Part shown: positions 1-11,341 of the stretch, piece by piece
How positions within the stretch are numbered: the first letter of the stretch is position 1
Layout: each line of letters starts with the position of its first letter
Source of the DNA: Octopus bimaculoides
Lineage: Eukaryota
DNA length: 64,000 nt
NCBI RefSeq assembly: GCF_001194135.2
Contig: NC_068986.1
Coordinates: 29,951,666-30,015,665 of the forward strand
Reading direction: 5' to 3'
Made by a program: the position numbers and the translations under genes
The notes under the pieces: model-generated
Databases searched by the model: none
What the model saw: the letters and a program-made list of their open reading frames with translations, nothing else
Told to the model about the DNA's origin: nothing

Positions 1-41
1 TATATATATATACACACACACATACACACACACACATATAT

Positions 42-90
<49 letters not shown>

Positions 91-179
91 GAGAGAGAGA
101 GAGAGAAAGAGAATCTGAAGGTAGATGATAGACTGATACAGATATAAGTTCAAATGTCTGTTGTTTGAAGAGTGAAAAA

Positions 180-226
<47 letters not shown>
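1..226. repeat. Compound (TA)/(CA)/(GA) microsatellites
   Basis: Dinucleotide runs at 1-108 and 182-226, abutting the first N-gap. Confidence 0.95.
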
Positions 227-326
227 NNNNNNNNNNNNNNNNNNNNNNNNNNNNNNNNNNNNNNNNNNNNNNNNNNNNNNNNNNNNNNNNNNNNNNNNNN
301 NNNNNNNNNNNNNNNNNNNNNNNNNN
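227..326. other. Assembly gap. Other gaps: 16281-16290, 25381-25508, 27322-27777, 30560-30654, 34541-34716, 44509-44964, 51454-51551, 60736-60940
   Basis: Runs of N. Confidence 1.
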
Positions 327-846
327 ATATACTTTTTTTCCCTGAAAAAGTTTGAAAACTTCTGGAATGTACCTTGTCCACTGCTTTCATTTCAATTAAT
401 TTTTAAAATAATGAATTTAGTAGAATAACTTTGTTATTATTAATCTGGTATTTGGAACATAAATTAACATGAAATTTTGTGGAGATGTTTAAATTCAAAT
501 AACTTCAGAACAATGTTTGTGCTATGGAAGCATGGGCAGCTTCATGTTGGTTGGTATCAAAAGGGTTAATGTAACCACATGGTCCTTGGGTGTTTATAGT
601 GGTGTAGTGCTGTATTCAGAGCAGGTCTTTTGTCTGAGAAAAGCTTTTTCTCTTTCTCCTCTAAGAAAAGTTTTCTCACCATCTCAGTCTTGGAGGTCTT
701 GAAATTCATCATGTGCACTGCCTTTCCTCCTCTACATCATCAGAAAAAAGGAAAAAAGAACAACAAACTAAAAAAACTCTGCTCCTTTTCTTTTTTTTTT
801 TTGCCTTCAATCATTCCAACATCATTGTTAAAAGAAGTCTATTTAA

Positions 847-1066
847 TCCTTTGGCATTCAGATTACTTTGTCAAGTGTAATGCTTATTTATTCACATTGT
901 TTTTAATTAATCATGCGTTATCTTGTAGCTTTGAGATTTCGATGATGTGATTGCTTATTTCTAGGATGACATTGTAGGACCAGTATGAGAGGCCAGATCT
1001 GGCTGATTTGGAAGTAAAACAGGTAGACTATATGGGCCAGATATGGCTAGTTTAAAGACTGAAGGA
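847..1066. mobile_element. TTAA-flanked MITE (family G, piggyBac-like termini), degenerate copy
   Basis: TTAA at 843-846 and 1067-1070; colinear with 8092-8309. Confidence 0.75.
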
Positions 1067-1070
1067 TTAA

Positions 1071-1240
1071 CCTGTTTCTTGCTGTATTTTCTTTGAAACA
1101 TACTGCTTTTGTTTCAGTTGGTTTTGAAAATAATGAGGAATTTGATAAAATAACATTGTCATTATCAAGCTGCAGTTCGGAACATAAATTAACATAAATT
1201 AACATGAAAGTTTTTATCACGAAAATCACAAGCATAAGAG
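1071..1240. mobile_element. Second TTAA-flanked MITE-like repeat sharing the TTAA at 1067-1070
   Basis: TTAA at 1067-1070 and 1241-1244; its gaacataaattaacatgaaa segment recurs near 450-475; TIRs degenerate. Confidence 0.4.
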
Positions 1241-1364
1241 TTAATGCTTCTCCAGTGTATTTTTTTGTTCCACAGTGTCACAGATTAAAATTTAAGTTCT
1301 ATTAAACTCTATTTTTTGTAGTATGCTGCAGGTGGCCAACAAAGATTTTTGCCTGTCTGCTTCT

Positions 1365-1402
<38 letters not shown>

Positions 1403-1456
1403 GAGAGAGTGAGAGAGAGAGAGAGAGGGAGAGAGAGGGAGAGAGAGAGAGAGAGA

Positions 1457-1501
<45 letters not shown>
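1365..1501. repeat. (GA)n microsatellite
   Basis: Direct reading. Confidence 0.95.
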
Positions 1502-1504
<3 letters not shown>

Positions 1505-1896
1505 TCTGCTAGCTTTACAAGGCAGACTTATCTAATTACAGTCCTGCCTGTTGGAATTTATATCTTTGATATTTACAGAGTAAATTTCACTTAACGCAGA
1601 GCAGACAATACCGATGCAAACACTGCAAGCATGCTTTCTAGCTCTTGTATCAGAATAACCATCAAACTGTCCTGTCAGTTCACACTGTTAGCAAAGGAAT
1701 AAACATTTTCAAAGATTTCACCTTGGTAAAGATACAAATGGACAATTTAGAAAAAAATTCAAAGAAATTTGTCTTGTTTTGTAAATACTTATATGTAGTT
1801 GATTCTTTTATATGCAATAAAAAAAACCAAGGGCCTGGTGGTGATGTGAAATTGAAATATGAGTATTCTAAAACAAGATAATATATTATCATGTTG

Positions 1897-2125
1897 GTAT
1901 GGGTTGGAGGGTCTGAAAGAAACTGGTAAAGCCGGCGGGGCCACATCATAGCCTGTTCTGGCAAGGTTTCTACAACTGGATGCCCTTCCTAACACCAACC
2001 ACACTTTACAGGGTTAGGGTTAGGGTGCTTTTTAAGTGGCATCAGTACCAGTGCTGTTAACATGGCACCAGCACCAATGCTTTTAATGTGGCACCAACAG
2101 CAATGCTTTTTATGCGGCACCAACC
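1897..2125 (-). mobile_element. Repeat family A (SINE-like, (GAT)n tail in other copies), degenerate
   Basis: ggtttctacaactggatgcccttcctaacaccaaccac core shared with the other A copies. Confidence 0.75.
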
Positions 2126-2189
2126 ATATTAAGCTATCTTAATATAATTTGTAATTGTCTTTGCTTATTTGCTACATCATCCAATAATA

Positions 2190-2580
2190 CCCACTTCTTA
2201 TGCAGACACCATGACCATTCATTCCTCTCTGATATTCTCCAATTATTATGCCTCTGTCAACAGCAAGAAAATGCAGATGCTACTATATATATAAAAAAAA
2301 AAACATTTATTACATGACATTCACCTTAATCATGAGTAACACTCAGTGAGAGCCCTCAAACTCACTCCCTATTGACTGACATAAAGTGACTCACAGGCAT
2401 GCAGCAGCTTCCAGCCCACATGAATACTGTCTTCTCCCCTTGCCTTCTACACCAAATATTATGGCTTTTGTTCCTTGGATCCAGCTGGACTTATGCCACA
2501 TCCCCTTAGGTATTTCTGTCCCACTGATCTCTCCTCCTTTCACACTTCTGTGGTGTCCAACCTCCCTCTTTTATGCCATC
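2190..2580 (+). mobile_element. Highly decayed LINE RT/C-terminal remnant
   Basis: tcttatgcagacaccatgaccattcattcctct reads SYADTMTIHSS, a YADD-like motif; the rest is only vaguely LINE-like. Confidence 0.3.
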
Positions 2581-3765
2581 AAATATGATGAATTTTGGTA
2601 GAAATAATGAGATCCTAACTAAATATGTTGTAGCCAATAGCAGTTTTTCACTATATGATAAATGTTTTTCTGTTAACTAAATGAGGAAGAGAAAAATTTG
2701 TTCTTGATCATTCCTATGCCCATCATAACACTAAGAAATGTTTGATTAAGTTTTGCACCACCCTAGAAAAGTAATATCACATCTTAGCTTGGTTTGGCTC
2801 GACTTCATGCTCTTGCTTGATGGGGCTGGGGTCATTCCAAGCTAGTGGTCCCAGAGACATCATCATGTGTAGAGCTGACCAGGTCCACCAGTGCTCTCCA
2901 TCTTTGGTGGTCTCATGCCAACTCTTCTGCATTCTCCAAAATATCACATCTGAAGATGAAAAATTCAATTTCCTAATATCTAATTTATTTTTTTAATTGA
3001 ATCACATACATAATTGTAAGAATAATAAAATACTTGGTGTCTTCATAGAACAAAGTTCTTTTAAAGAGTTAGTTAATTTTATTCTGAAAAGTGATTTTAA
3101 TAAAATACATGCTTTTCTCTTTTTACTGCACTTCCTGAAATGCAGTTTCACATTCCCAGCCTGTGTGGGGTAACCCGACTTGTCTGATATCCATCTAAAC
3201 TGAAGAACATGGATGTTTGCATAAAATTAGTGTGTTAAATGTTTAATTGCAATAGTTGCTGGTAACTAGTGAGAAGGGGTCATAAGGAGGAAGTTTCATA
3301 AGGATGTAGTGTGAAGGGTAGTAGTATAAGACAACATGTTAAATACATCTGTATTTCATATAATATTACAGGATGTGTGACAGGATGAGGCAATGAGTAA
3401 TGCATATTGAGTAGATTTATATTTTCCGAGTTTAAGTTATTCTGACATGACCTAAAACTATTGTACTGTTTCCATTCAGTTTCTTTTGCTTTTTCCTAAA
3501 CTTCTCTCTCCTATGAATCAAGCACCAAACTAGGGCAGTCTTCATTATAATGATTTACCTCAAAGGGAAATTCACTTCTCATCAAGCCGATTCTGTGCAG
3601 TCAGTCAACCTGCCAGAAATAGTAACAAAGTCTTCAAAACAAAAATAACACTTTACTGTCTTAAAAAAAAAAAAAAATGGTAGAGCACATGTAGATAAAG
3701 ATAGACTATGCCTGGAAAAATAGATGAGATTTTTATGGCTGGTTTGCAACCTCAATTTTAGCAGT

Positions 3766-4062
3766 ATCATCATCATCATCATCATCATCATCTTCATTTA
3801 AAGTCCGCTTTCCATGCTAGCATGGGTTGGACGATTTGACCGAGGACTGGCAAGCCAGAAGGCTACACCAGGCTCCAATCTGATTTGGCAGAGTTTCTAC
3901 AGCTGGATGCCCTTCCTAACGCCAACCACTCCAAGAGTGTAGTGGGTGCTTTTACGTGCTACCGGCATGAAGGCCAGTCAGGAGGTACTGGCAACAGCCA
4001 TGCTCAAAATGGTGTATTTTACGTGCCACCTGCACAGGAGCCAGTCCAGCGGTACTGGCATG
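3766..4062 (-). mobile_element. Family A SINE-like element with (GAT)n tail
   Basis: (CAT)n run followed by the A body, closely matching 12716-12877, 19915-20195 and 31461-31615. Confidence 0.9.
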
Positions 4063-4716
4063 TATTCATAAAAAAAAAAATTTTAGTGCATTAAAGTTTA
4101 TGAGAGGTCCAACTTTGCATATAAGACCCAGGGTGACTTTTAGAGACATATTTTTAGAAAAAAAGTAAAGTGTCTTATACATATCATCGAATATGGTGCT
4201 GTTTAATATATGCACAGATAACGAACTGGGTACAAAAATATTTTTAATTTGTATATAAACCACATATCGTTCAGACCAAAAATTGTTGATTAGTTAAGAT
4301 GTTATTGTCACATCATTTCTTACTTATTCTCACAACTTGAACAGTTAGAGTTGCGATCTATAATCTCGACATATTAAATAGGGTCTACTTCACAAAATAC
4401 ATCAATTGATAAGTCTACTTTAAATATTCGGGTCATTTATTAGTCTTTCAGTAGTTTTCTTTTGCTTGGGTGTCTGGTATTAATTGTAAGAAAGTGCAAG
4501 AGATGAGTGGATAAAATGTTGATTGCTTGGGTGAAGAATTGTGATCTTTTGTGCTTTTATAAGTATTTTATTGTCTTTTGGACCAAATACAAATGAAGAA
4601 GGCAATAAATAGCATAATGGCTAACAGAAACTTTGTGTTCATTTGGTTTAATAAAAATGATAGTCTTCTTCAAATAACAGCCGTTCTTATATAAATAAGG
4701 AGGGAATCATTGTATA

Positions 4717-5009
4717 GTGAAGCTGCTTGGCTCAGTGGTAAGAGCGTCAGACTTACAATCATGAGGTCATGAGTTCCATTCCTGAACCAGGCTATGTGTT
4801 GTGTTCTTGAGTAAGACACTTTATTTCACATTGCTCCAGTTCACTCAGCTGTAGAAATGAGTTGCAACGTTACTGGTACCAAGCTGTACCTGCCTTTGAC
4901 TTTCCCTTGGGCAATATCAGTGGTGTGGAGAGGGGAGACTGGTATGCATGGGTGACTGCTGATCTTCCATAAACAACTTTTCTTGAACTTGTGCTTTGGA
5001 GGGGAACTT
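4717..5009 (+). mobile_element. tRNA-derived SINE family E
   Basis: A-box-like tggctcagtgg and B-box-like gagttccattcc, then gtgttcttgagtaagacactttatttcac body shared with 47840-48101. Confidence 0.8.
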
Positions 5010-5254
5010 TCAGCAGTCACCCATGCATACCAGCCTCCCCTCTCCAAACCACTGATATTACCCAAGGGAAAGGTATAGGCCAATACAGCTTGACACCAGT
5101 GATACCGCACCTCATTTCTACAGCTGAGTGAATTGGAGCAATGTAAAATAAAGTGTCTTGCTCAAGAACACAATACACAGCCTAGTCCAGGAATCGAACT
5201 CACTACCTCATGATTGTGAGCTTTATATTCTAACCATTGAACCAGGTCCCTTTA
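5010..5254 (-). mobile_element. tRNA-derived SINE family E, inverted partner of 4717-4962
   Basis: Reverse-complement similarity to 4717-4962. Confidence 0.8.
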
Positions 5255-5454
5255 CCACTGAATAATGGCAATTATTTTACTAAACTCTTTGTTATTTTTA
5301 AAATAAGGTGAAATGAAGGCAGTATATGGTCTAAGAGTTAAATTTTTGGCCTTGTGTCTTCATTAAAAATAAAATCTTTGTAGAGCACTGATACAATAGG
5401 TACATCTTATACACTATGCTTATGTGTCTCAAAAAAAAACATCTTCAACTAACT

Positions 5455-5880
5455 AGTGTGTGTTGCTTACCATTAAGTAGTCATCAGAAACATGGACTAC
5501 CTACAAAAGCATTGAAAATAAATTAAGATCAACACTAAGAGCCATGGAAAGGAAAATACTGAAGATTAACAAAATGGATAAGCGGAGACACAACAGAAGA
5601 TGAGTGGCAACAGGTTTAACAGATATTATCTGGAAAATAAAAACTTTGTAATGTTCTTTCACAGGACATGTCTTTAGAAGAAAGGATGATGGCTGGAATA
5701 GAAAATTGACAGAGTGGACACCATTTTCAGAAAAAAGGAGGGGAAGACTATGCAGAAGTTGGAATGAAGACTTTGTTGAATTCTTCAGCATCCAAATATG
5801 GACGGAGAAAACATCAGACCATGATTGGTGGAGAGAACATACTGAGGCCTTTGTCCAGCAGTGGACTGAACATGTTTGTA
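5455..5880 (+). mobile_element. RTE-clade LINE ORF2 C-terminal fragment (pseudogenised)
   Basis: Translates ETWTTYKSIENKLRSTLRAMERKIL...GHVFRRKDDGWNRKLTEWTPFSEKRRGRLCRSW...EAFVQQWT, typical of RTE post-RT domains; contains in-frame stops. Confidence 0.85.
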
Positions 5881-6159
5881 AGGATGATGATATATTAAAA
5901 CAGAAATATAGAGTCTGTCTCTGATGATATGTGTTGAAGCTTTCTGTTTTGAATTTGGATTTTCTTTTTCCAGCTAATTTCAGTTTGGAAATGACAAGTC
6001 ATATTGATTAGACCCAAATATATGTTGTTTTAAATTTTATTGACAGCTTCTCTCATATCATTGAACAATTCACAGTTAACTGGATTAAATTTCATCTGTA
6101 GAATCAAAATTATCATTTCATTCACTTAAATTAATTAATGACGTTTAAGCTTGAGAGTC

Positions 6160-6300
6160 AGTCTTGATTGAACAGACCTACGATTAAAGACAATCTATCC
6201 ATGAACATCCCACCTTTTTGGGGGTTATGTGGGACTGCATTATCCAATGACTTCTTCCTTTCTTTAAAACAATTCGATTTGTGATTTGAGGTGGGTGGAG
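6160..6300 (-). mobile_element. Repeat family F fragment
   Basis: cagacctacgattaaagacaat...cattatccaat...gtgatttgagg shared with 20285-20720, 29160-29360, 42790-42990 and 48300-48522. Confidence 0.6.
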
Positions 6301-6401
6301 AGAAATTTAATCGCTATTACTTGCCTTTACCTGTTTGCTTGGAAAGCAGCCAGAGAGAGACTATCTTATGTATACTGTTTACATTACATTCAGAGTGGTG
6401 T

Positions 6402-6650
6402 TCTTGTCTTGAGTGCTGCTTTCATTACATTTTGGCTGTTGTATGCTCCAGCCTTCTTCAGGTGTCTTGTGTCGAATTCAGTTGTTGTATCAGATTTTAA
6501 ACAACTGAGTTTGACACAAGACACCTGAAGAAGGCTGGAGCATACAACAGCCGAGATGTAGTGAAAGCAATGATCAAGATGAGAATACCCGTCCGACTAG
6601 TGTAAATAGCATGCATAATATAAATTCCTCATCTCAGAACTATAGAATTG
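6402..6650. mobile_element. Fold-back HHR-bearing retroelement fragment (85-bp inverted arms), same family as the 3' half of 10456-10851
   Basis: Arms 6402-6486 and 6500-6584; CTGAAGA at 6525-6531 with GGCTG/CAGCC stem II; tail caagatgag...aattcctcatctc shared with 10780-10850. Confidence 0.8.
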
Positions 6651-8091
6651 TGATAACGACTATCTTGTTGGTTCATGCTAAGCTATTATACGCTGATGAA
6701 TGCCCCAACTTTTTCCGTTTTAGTTTTTAAATATTTTCCATCCTTTTCTGTATTGTATGTAACGTGACAACATAAGGATGTTGGTGAGTTGTTTTTTTTT
6801 TTTGTATGCAATAAAAAAGTTATAGGATGTTATTGTTTTTGTTGTTAAGCTCAAGGCCAGTCCAAACTGAGCTGTTGTACCAGCTATGACCATGATATAC
6901 AATGCTGGCTAATAACCATGATATACAATGCTGGTTGAAATCTATCGACAGCCTCTGTAGTACAACAGAGCATGTAATTTTCATGTATAAATAACAATAT
7001 CCAGAACTTTATTCAGGTTCAGAATGCAGCAACAGTCATTGTTATTTAAATTCCAATGAGGATTATTTCTTTCTTTGTGATTAGTGCTTGTAAAAGAGAT
7101 ATTTCAAGAATAAAAACTAAAATAACACTCGTACACATGCACACATACACACACACTTGTGCACACGTGCTTTATAACACGTTTCCACCATAATTGTTTT
7201 GATGACTAAATACATTTGATACCAGAATGCTGATCAGATGACAGGTAACAATAAATGGTGAGTGGATGGCGGAGGTGGGGGGAGGTGGAGTGGAGAGGAA
7301 AAAAAAAACCTCATCATTTAATCAAGGTAGTGGTTATTGAGGATGGGTGATAAGAGAGAGCTTTTATGAACAGTTGCCACAGCTTGCAAGCTAGTGGAAT
7401 AAATGCAATAAATAAATAAGTTAATAGATAAACTAGATTATGCATGATTTATGAGTGCATCAAGAATGATATTGTAATATCTGTTTTGTCCAATTATACT
7501 TCCAACAGCAGCAGCAGGGAGTCAACCAAGGTTAAAATTAGGGGCTGCATATCTATCTGTTTCAAACTTAACCTGTGGATATTCATGTGCAATTGTTGCT
7601 ATGCTCTGGTTGTTTCTAGATGAGCACCTCAATATATTTTAAACTATATTTATTGATAGCAAATATTTCAGTAACCGCTTAACATGACAAGTTCTGATTA
7701 AAGTTTACACTTGTCTTTTTTGCTATTAAGCACCTTCTCATGTTTTGCAATCGGGACAGGAGTTAATATTTGATTGGTACAACTGAAATTGAACAGAATG
7801 GATAGATCATATTTCTACTAGAGTGATAGACAGTGTGTACAGGTACACACACATGTATGTGTAAATGTGTGTGCAAACACACACAAAATGAATGAGTTTA
7901 TTTCTTTAGGGTTTCTTAATCATCTTTTAGGGAAGTTTGTTTTTGTTTTTGAGTTTCATTTAGCATTTTTAATATGACTAATAAGAGAAGGAGAGATAGA
8001 CAGAGAGAGAGAAAGAGGGAGAGAGAAATAGACAGAGAGAGAGAAAGAGAGGAAGGGACTGATTTAAGATATAGAAAAAGATTAACATCAA

Positions 8092-8309
8092 CCCTTTAGC
8101 ATTTAGATTACTCTGTCAAACAATGCTTATTTATTGAAATTATTTTGAATTAATCATACATTATCTTGTAACTTTGAGATTTTGATGATATGTTAGTCAA
8201 TTTTAGAATAACATTGTAGGGTAGGTGTGAAAGGCTGGATTTGACCAGTTTGAACATAAAACAAGTAGAATATTTTGGTCATATAAAAATTGCTTTAAAT
8301 GCTAAAGGG
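8092..8309. mobile_element. piggyBac-like MITE (family G), 218 bp
   Basis: Perfect 13-bp TIR CCCTTTAGCATTT/AAATGCTAAAGGG; flanks TCAA and TTAA. Confidence 0.85.
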
Positions 8310-8344
8310 TTAAAATATAAATTTTGCTAATAATATTATTCTAG

Positions 8345-8474
8345 TAGTCTTCCCAGGTCTACCTCTTCCACAGGTTCCCTCCGCCATTATGGCGTGACAC
8401 TTCTTCACACAACTGTCCTTATCCATACACAACACCTGACCATCCCAGCACAGTCGTCTCTCTTGGACACCACA

Positions 8475-8478
<4 letters not shown>
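8345..8478 (-). mobile_element. RTE LINE ORF2 C-terminal fragment
   Basis: Minus strand reads RCGVQERRLCWDGQVLCMDKDSCVKKCHAIMAEGTCGRGRPGKT. Confidence 0.85.
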
Positions 8479-8532
<54 letters not shown>

Positions 8533-8540
<8 letters not shown>

Positions 8541-8696
8541 GGCTTTTTCCAGTTTCTGTTTACTAAATCCACTTACAAGGCTTTGGTCAGTCCGAGGCTA
8601 TAGTAGAAAACACTTGCCCAAGGTGCCACAAAGTGGGACTGAACCCAAGACCATGTGGCTGGTAAGCAAGCTATTTACCACACAGCCACTCCCGTG
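8533..8696 (-). mobile_element. tRNA-derived SINE family B, 5' part
   Basis: Reverse complement of the B head ggagtggctgtgtggtaa...ggttcagtcccact...ggcaccttgggcaagtg. Confidence 0.9.
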
Positions 8697-9309
8697 TGTT
8701 ATATAAAAATTTAATGGAGTTAAAATTTGCTGGAGTTAAACTTTGGTCTGTGTACGATCACACACTTTGTGAAAAAGTCATGTCCTTCTCAAAATATGTT
8801 CCAAATGGCCTCTGTGACATTGGAGGCACACTTGCATGCGTCACACAAAATTGTCAGTTACTCGAACACATTCCTCTTTGGGACATTCCTCTTTGGGACA
8901 TTCCTCTTTGGGACATTCCTCTTTGGGACATTCCTCTTTGGGACATTCTTCTTTGGGACATTCCACTTTGCTGTGATTGCTGTCTTCAGTTCACCAATTG
9001 TTTGAGAGTTGTTCTGGTAAGCATTATCCTTGAGACACACCACCACCACTGATAAAAATCTGGGAGGTGGAGTTCAAGTCTGGTGAATGTGGTGTCCACT
9101 CAACATCCCACTTCCTGCTAATCAGTCTCTCCTGAAATCACTTTCTCAGCCGAGCTAGGGAGTCATTTGATGCATGGAGGATGGCCCTGTCTTGCTGGAA
9201 TCACAGTTTATCTCAATCTACCCATCTGCATCATCCCAGTGATACCCAAAACTTCCTCAGCACTGCCAAGATTTGTGGGTTCTGTTTTTTCTTTGGTGGG
9301 GTCACCCTG
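8697..9309 (-). mobile_element. Internally deleted Tc1/mariner-superfamily element, rosa/DD41D-like
   Basis: Terminal CAGGGTGACCCCACC at 9309 next to (TA)n, joined directly to transposase C-terminus FQQDRAILH...WTPHSPDLN..PDFY..LKDNAYQNNSQTIGELKTAITAK...VRVTDNFV*RMQVCLQCHRGHLEHIL; D-to-D spacing about 41 but frameshifted. Confidence 0.75.
8869..8973. repeat. 15-bp minisatellite (CATTCCTCTTTGGGA) x7 inside the transposase relic
   Basis: Five perfect units, one with one mismatch, one degenerate. Confidence 0.95.
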
Positions 9310-9641
9310 TATATATATATAGTACCATTCAATTCTAGGATTCATTAGAATCTAGGTATTTCAGCATGCAAGTTGCCAGAACAGTTGAGTGGTGAACTCA
9401 AAGAATATGAGTACAATCAGACAAACACAAATACATACATGTACATAAAGCATATATATATATACATATATATATATATACACAGTTGATCATGGGCTCA
9501 CACTGGCATGAATTACAATAGAGCAAAATAAGTACTCAATACTCAGTTTTGGTGCTCAAATGCAAGAGGATTGGAAATGAGAAAATCTGAGCAGTTAATC
9601 ACTCAGACTCAGCTTTGAATAAATGTTGTGTGTGTGTGAGT

Positions 9642-9674
<33 letters not shown>

Positions 9675-9699
9675 AGTGTGTGTGTGTGTGTATGTGAGT

Positions 9700-9960
9700 G
9701 TGTGTGGAGGTATGTATGTTGTGTCTCCTTTTTAACTTCACCACGATTGTTGTGAATGAATGTCATTTGTTTCTAATATTCTACATAAACATGTCTGGCC
9801 ATGAGGAAATACTGCCTTGTATGGTTGGCATCAGGAAGGGCATCCAACTGTAAAAGGTTGGCATCAGGAAGGGCATCCAGCTGTAAAAGAATTTTGCCTA
9901 ATAGCTTCATCTGACCCATGCAAGCATGGAAAAATGGATGTTAAAACAACAAGGACGATG
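9700..9960 (+). mobile_element. SINE 3' portion with A-like tail and an internal 33-bp tandem duplication
   Basis: gtctggccatg...ggttggcatcaggaagggcatcc...gacccatgcaagcatggaaaa; similar to 31030-31218; duplicated units 9823-9855 and 9856-9888. Confidence 0.7.
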
Positions 9961-10455
9961 ACAACAACAACAACGACAACAACGACGATGATGACGACAA
10001 TGACGATGTTGATGATGATGATAAAAAGAAAATCGAACCAACACATAGAGAAAACCACTCCAAAATATTAGGTTTCATTTCTCTTTTTTTAAATATAAAA
10101 CCAAAATACACAACACTGTATCAAATGCCAGCAAAACGTTTAACATTTTAAAATATCCAACAACTATTTAAAGAAAATAACTAAATAAATAAAGAAAGCT
10201 TCCTATAAAATAATTACACAATCCATACTTGAATACACAAACATTATTTTTATACTTGTTGATTTCAGACAAATACATCGGTGACAAACAATTTAAATGA
10301 ATGCATGAGAAACTATACAAATGTTGTGCAATGCATTGCTATGTGGAAACACAACAAACATCTGCACCAAGATAACACACACAGTGAATTCAATTCAACT
10401 GTGCAGCACATCAAGTAGATATATTTCTTTCTTTTCTTTCTTTTTTTTGCTCACA

Positions 10456-10537
10456 GGCATATAGCGTAATGGTTTAATAGCGCAGGTTACTAACCCCAAG
10501 ATTCCAAGTTCAGGTCTAGGCAGTGCCTTGACTAAAC

Positions 10538-10572
<35 letters not shown>

Positions 10573-10600
10573 TTATAATAATAATAATGATTATAATAAC

Positions 10601-10670
<70 letters not shown>

Positions 10671-10851
10671 TCAGTAGAAAAATATCTTAAGAATGAGAAC
10701 CCAGGGTTGGGTTCAAAATTCCACCAGAACACCTGATGAAAGCTGGAGAGTAAATCAGCTGAAACATTGTGTTAACAACAAACAAGATGAGGACACATAT
10801 CCATCTAATGTAAAGTAATATACAGAATTCCTCATCTCTAAAATATAGAAC
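10456..10851 (+). mobile_element. tRNA-headed SINE with internal (TAA)n and a 3' hammerhead ribozyme motif
   Basis: A-box-like TAGCGTAATGG 10462-10472, B-box-like AGTTCAGGTCT 10507-10517, (TAA)n 10538-10670, HHR 10728-10773, tail shared with 6575-6640. Confidence 0.7.
10728..10773 (+). ncRNA. Minimal type-I hammerhead ribozyme motif (one substitution in stem III)
   Basis: Stem I AACAC/GTGTT, core CTGATGA 10733-10739, stem II AGCTG/CAGCT, GAAAC 10761-10765, then ATT where GTT is expected. Confidence 0.7.
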
Positions 10852-10988
10852 AGATATATTTCTATCAGAGCTTCTAGTTGACCAATACTTATAGGGCTGC
10901 AGTTGACTTCCTAAATGGTGCAGGTTTTCTGTTTTCTGCCATCAGAGACATATTTCTCTACCTCAGATGGGAAAGTCTTAATTAGAAT

Positions 10989-11341
10989 ATTCTTTATTCT
11001 TTAATTCGTTTCGGTTTGTAAGCTGTGGTCGTGCTGGAACACAACCATTAGCTTTGCTGCACCTTCACAACTTGAAACCACCTCTGATATGTGGCACTTG
11101 GTGAATGAGGAAGTGTGATGTTGTTACCCTTATCTGTGTTTCCTGCCACGAGGTAGGCTCATCCAGAACTCTTGACAGGAGGTGATCCAGTTTTGTTTTG
11201 AAAACATCTACATCCACACCATGCAGGTCTCTCAGGCTTTTTGAGAGGATACTGAAGAACTGTGGGCCCTTGAAACCCAAGCTCTAGCAGTATCTGGTCC
11301 TGTATCTTGATGGCAATGTTGGGATCTTTGGCACTATGCAG
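10989..11341 (-). mobile_element. CR1/L2-group LINE 3' end with 3'UTR and tail
   Basis: CIVPKIPTLPSRYRTRYC*SLGFKGPQFFSILSKSLRDLHGVDVDVFKTKLDHLLSRVLDEP, then gtgttccagcacgaccacag...gaaac...(aaagaat)n. Confidence 0.8.

Noticed and set aside
2011-2025. Telomeric TTAGGG repeats (also TTAGGG at ~24322)
   Set aside because: Only one or two units, inside repeats; consistent with chance or slippage.
6889-6934. 26-bp tandem duplication (also 9823-9888 and 28277-28313)
   Set aside because: Ordinary slippage duplications with no sign of function.
8869-8973. CRISPR-like array
   Set aside because: Head-to-tail 15-bp units without spacers in eukaryotic DNA; this is a minisatellite.
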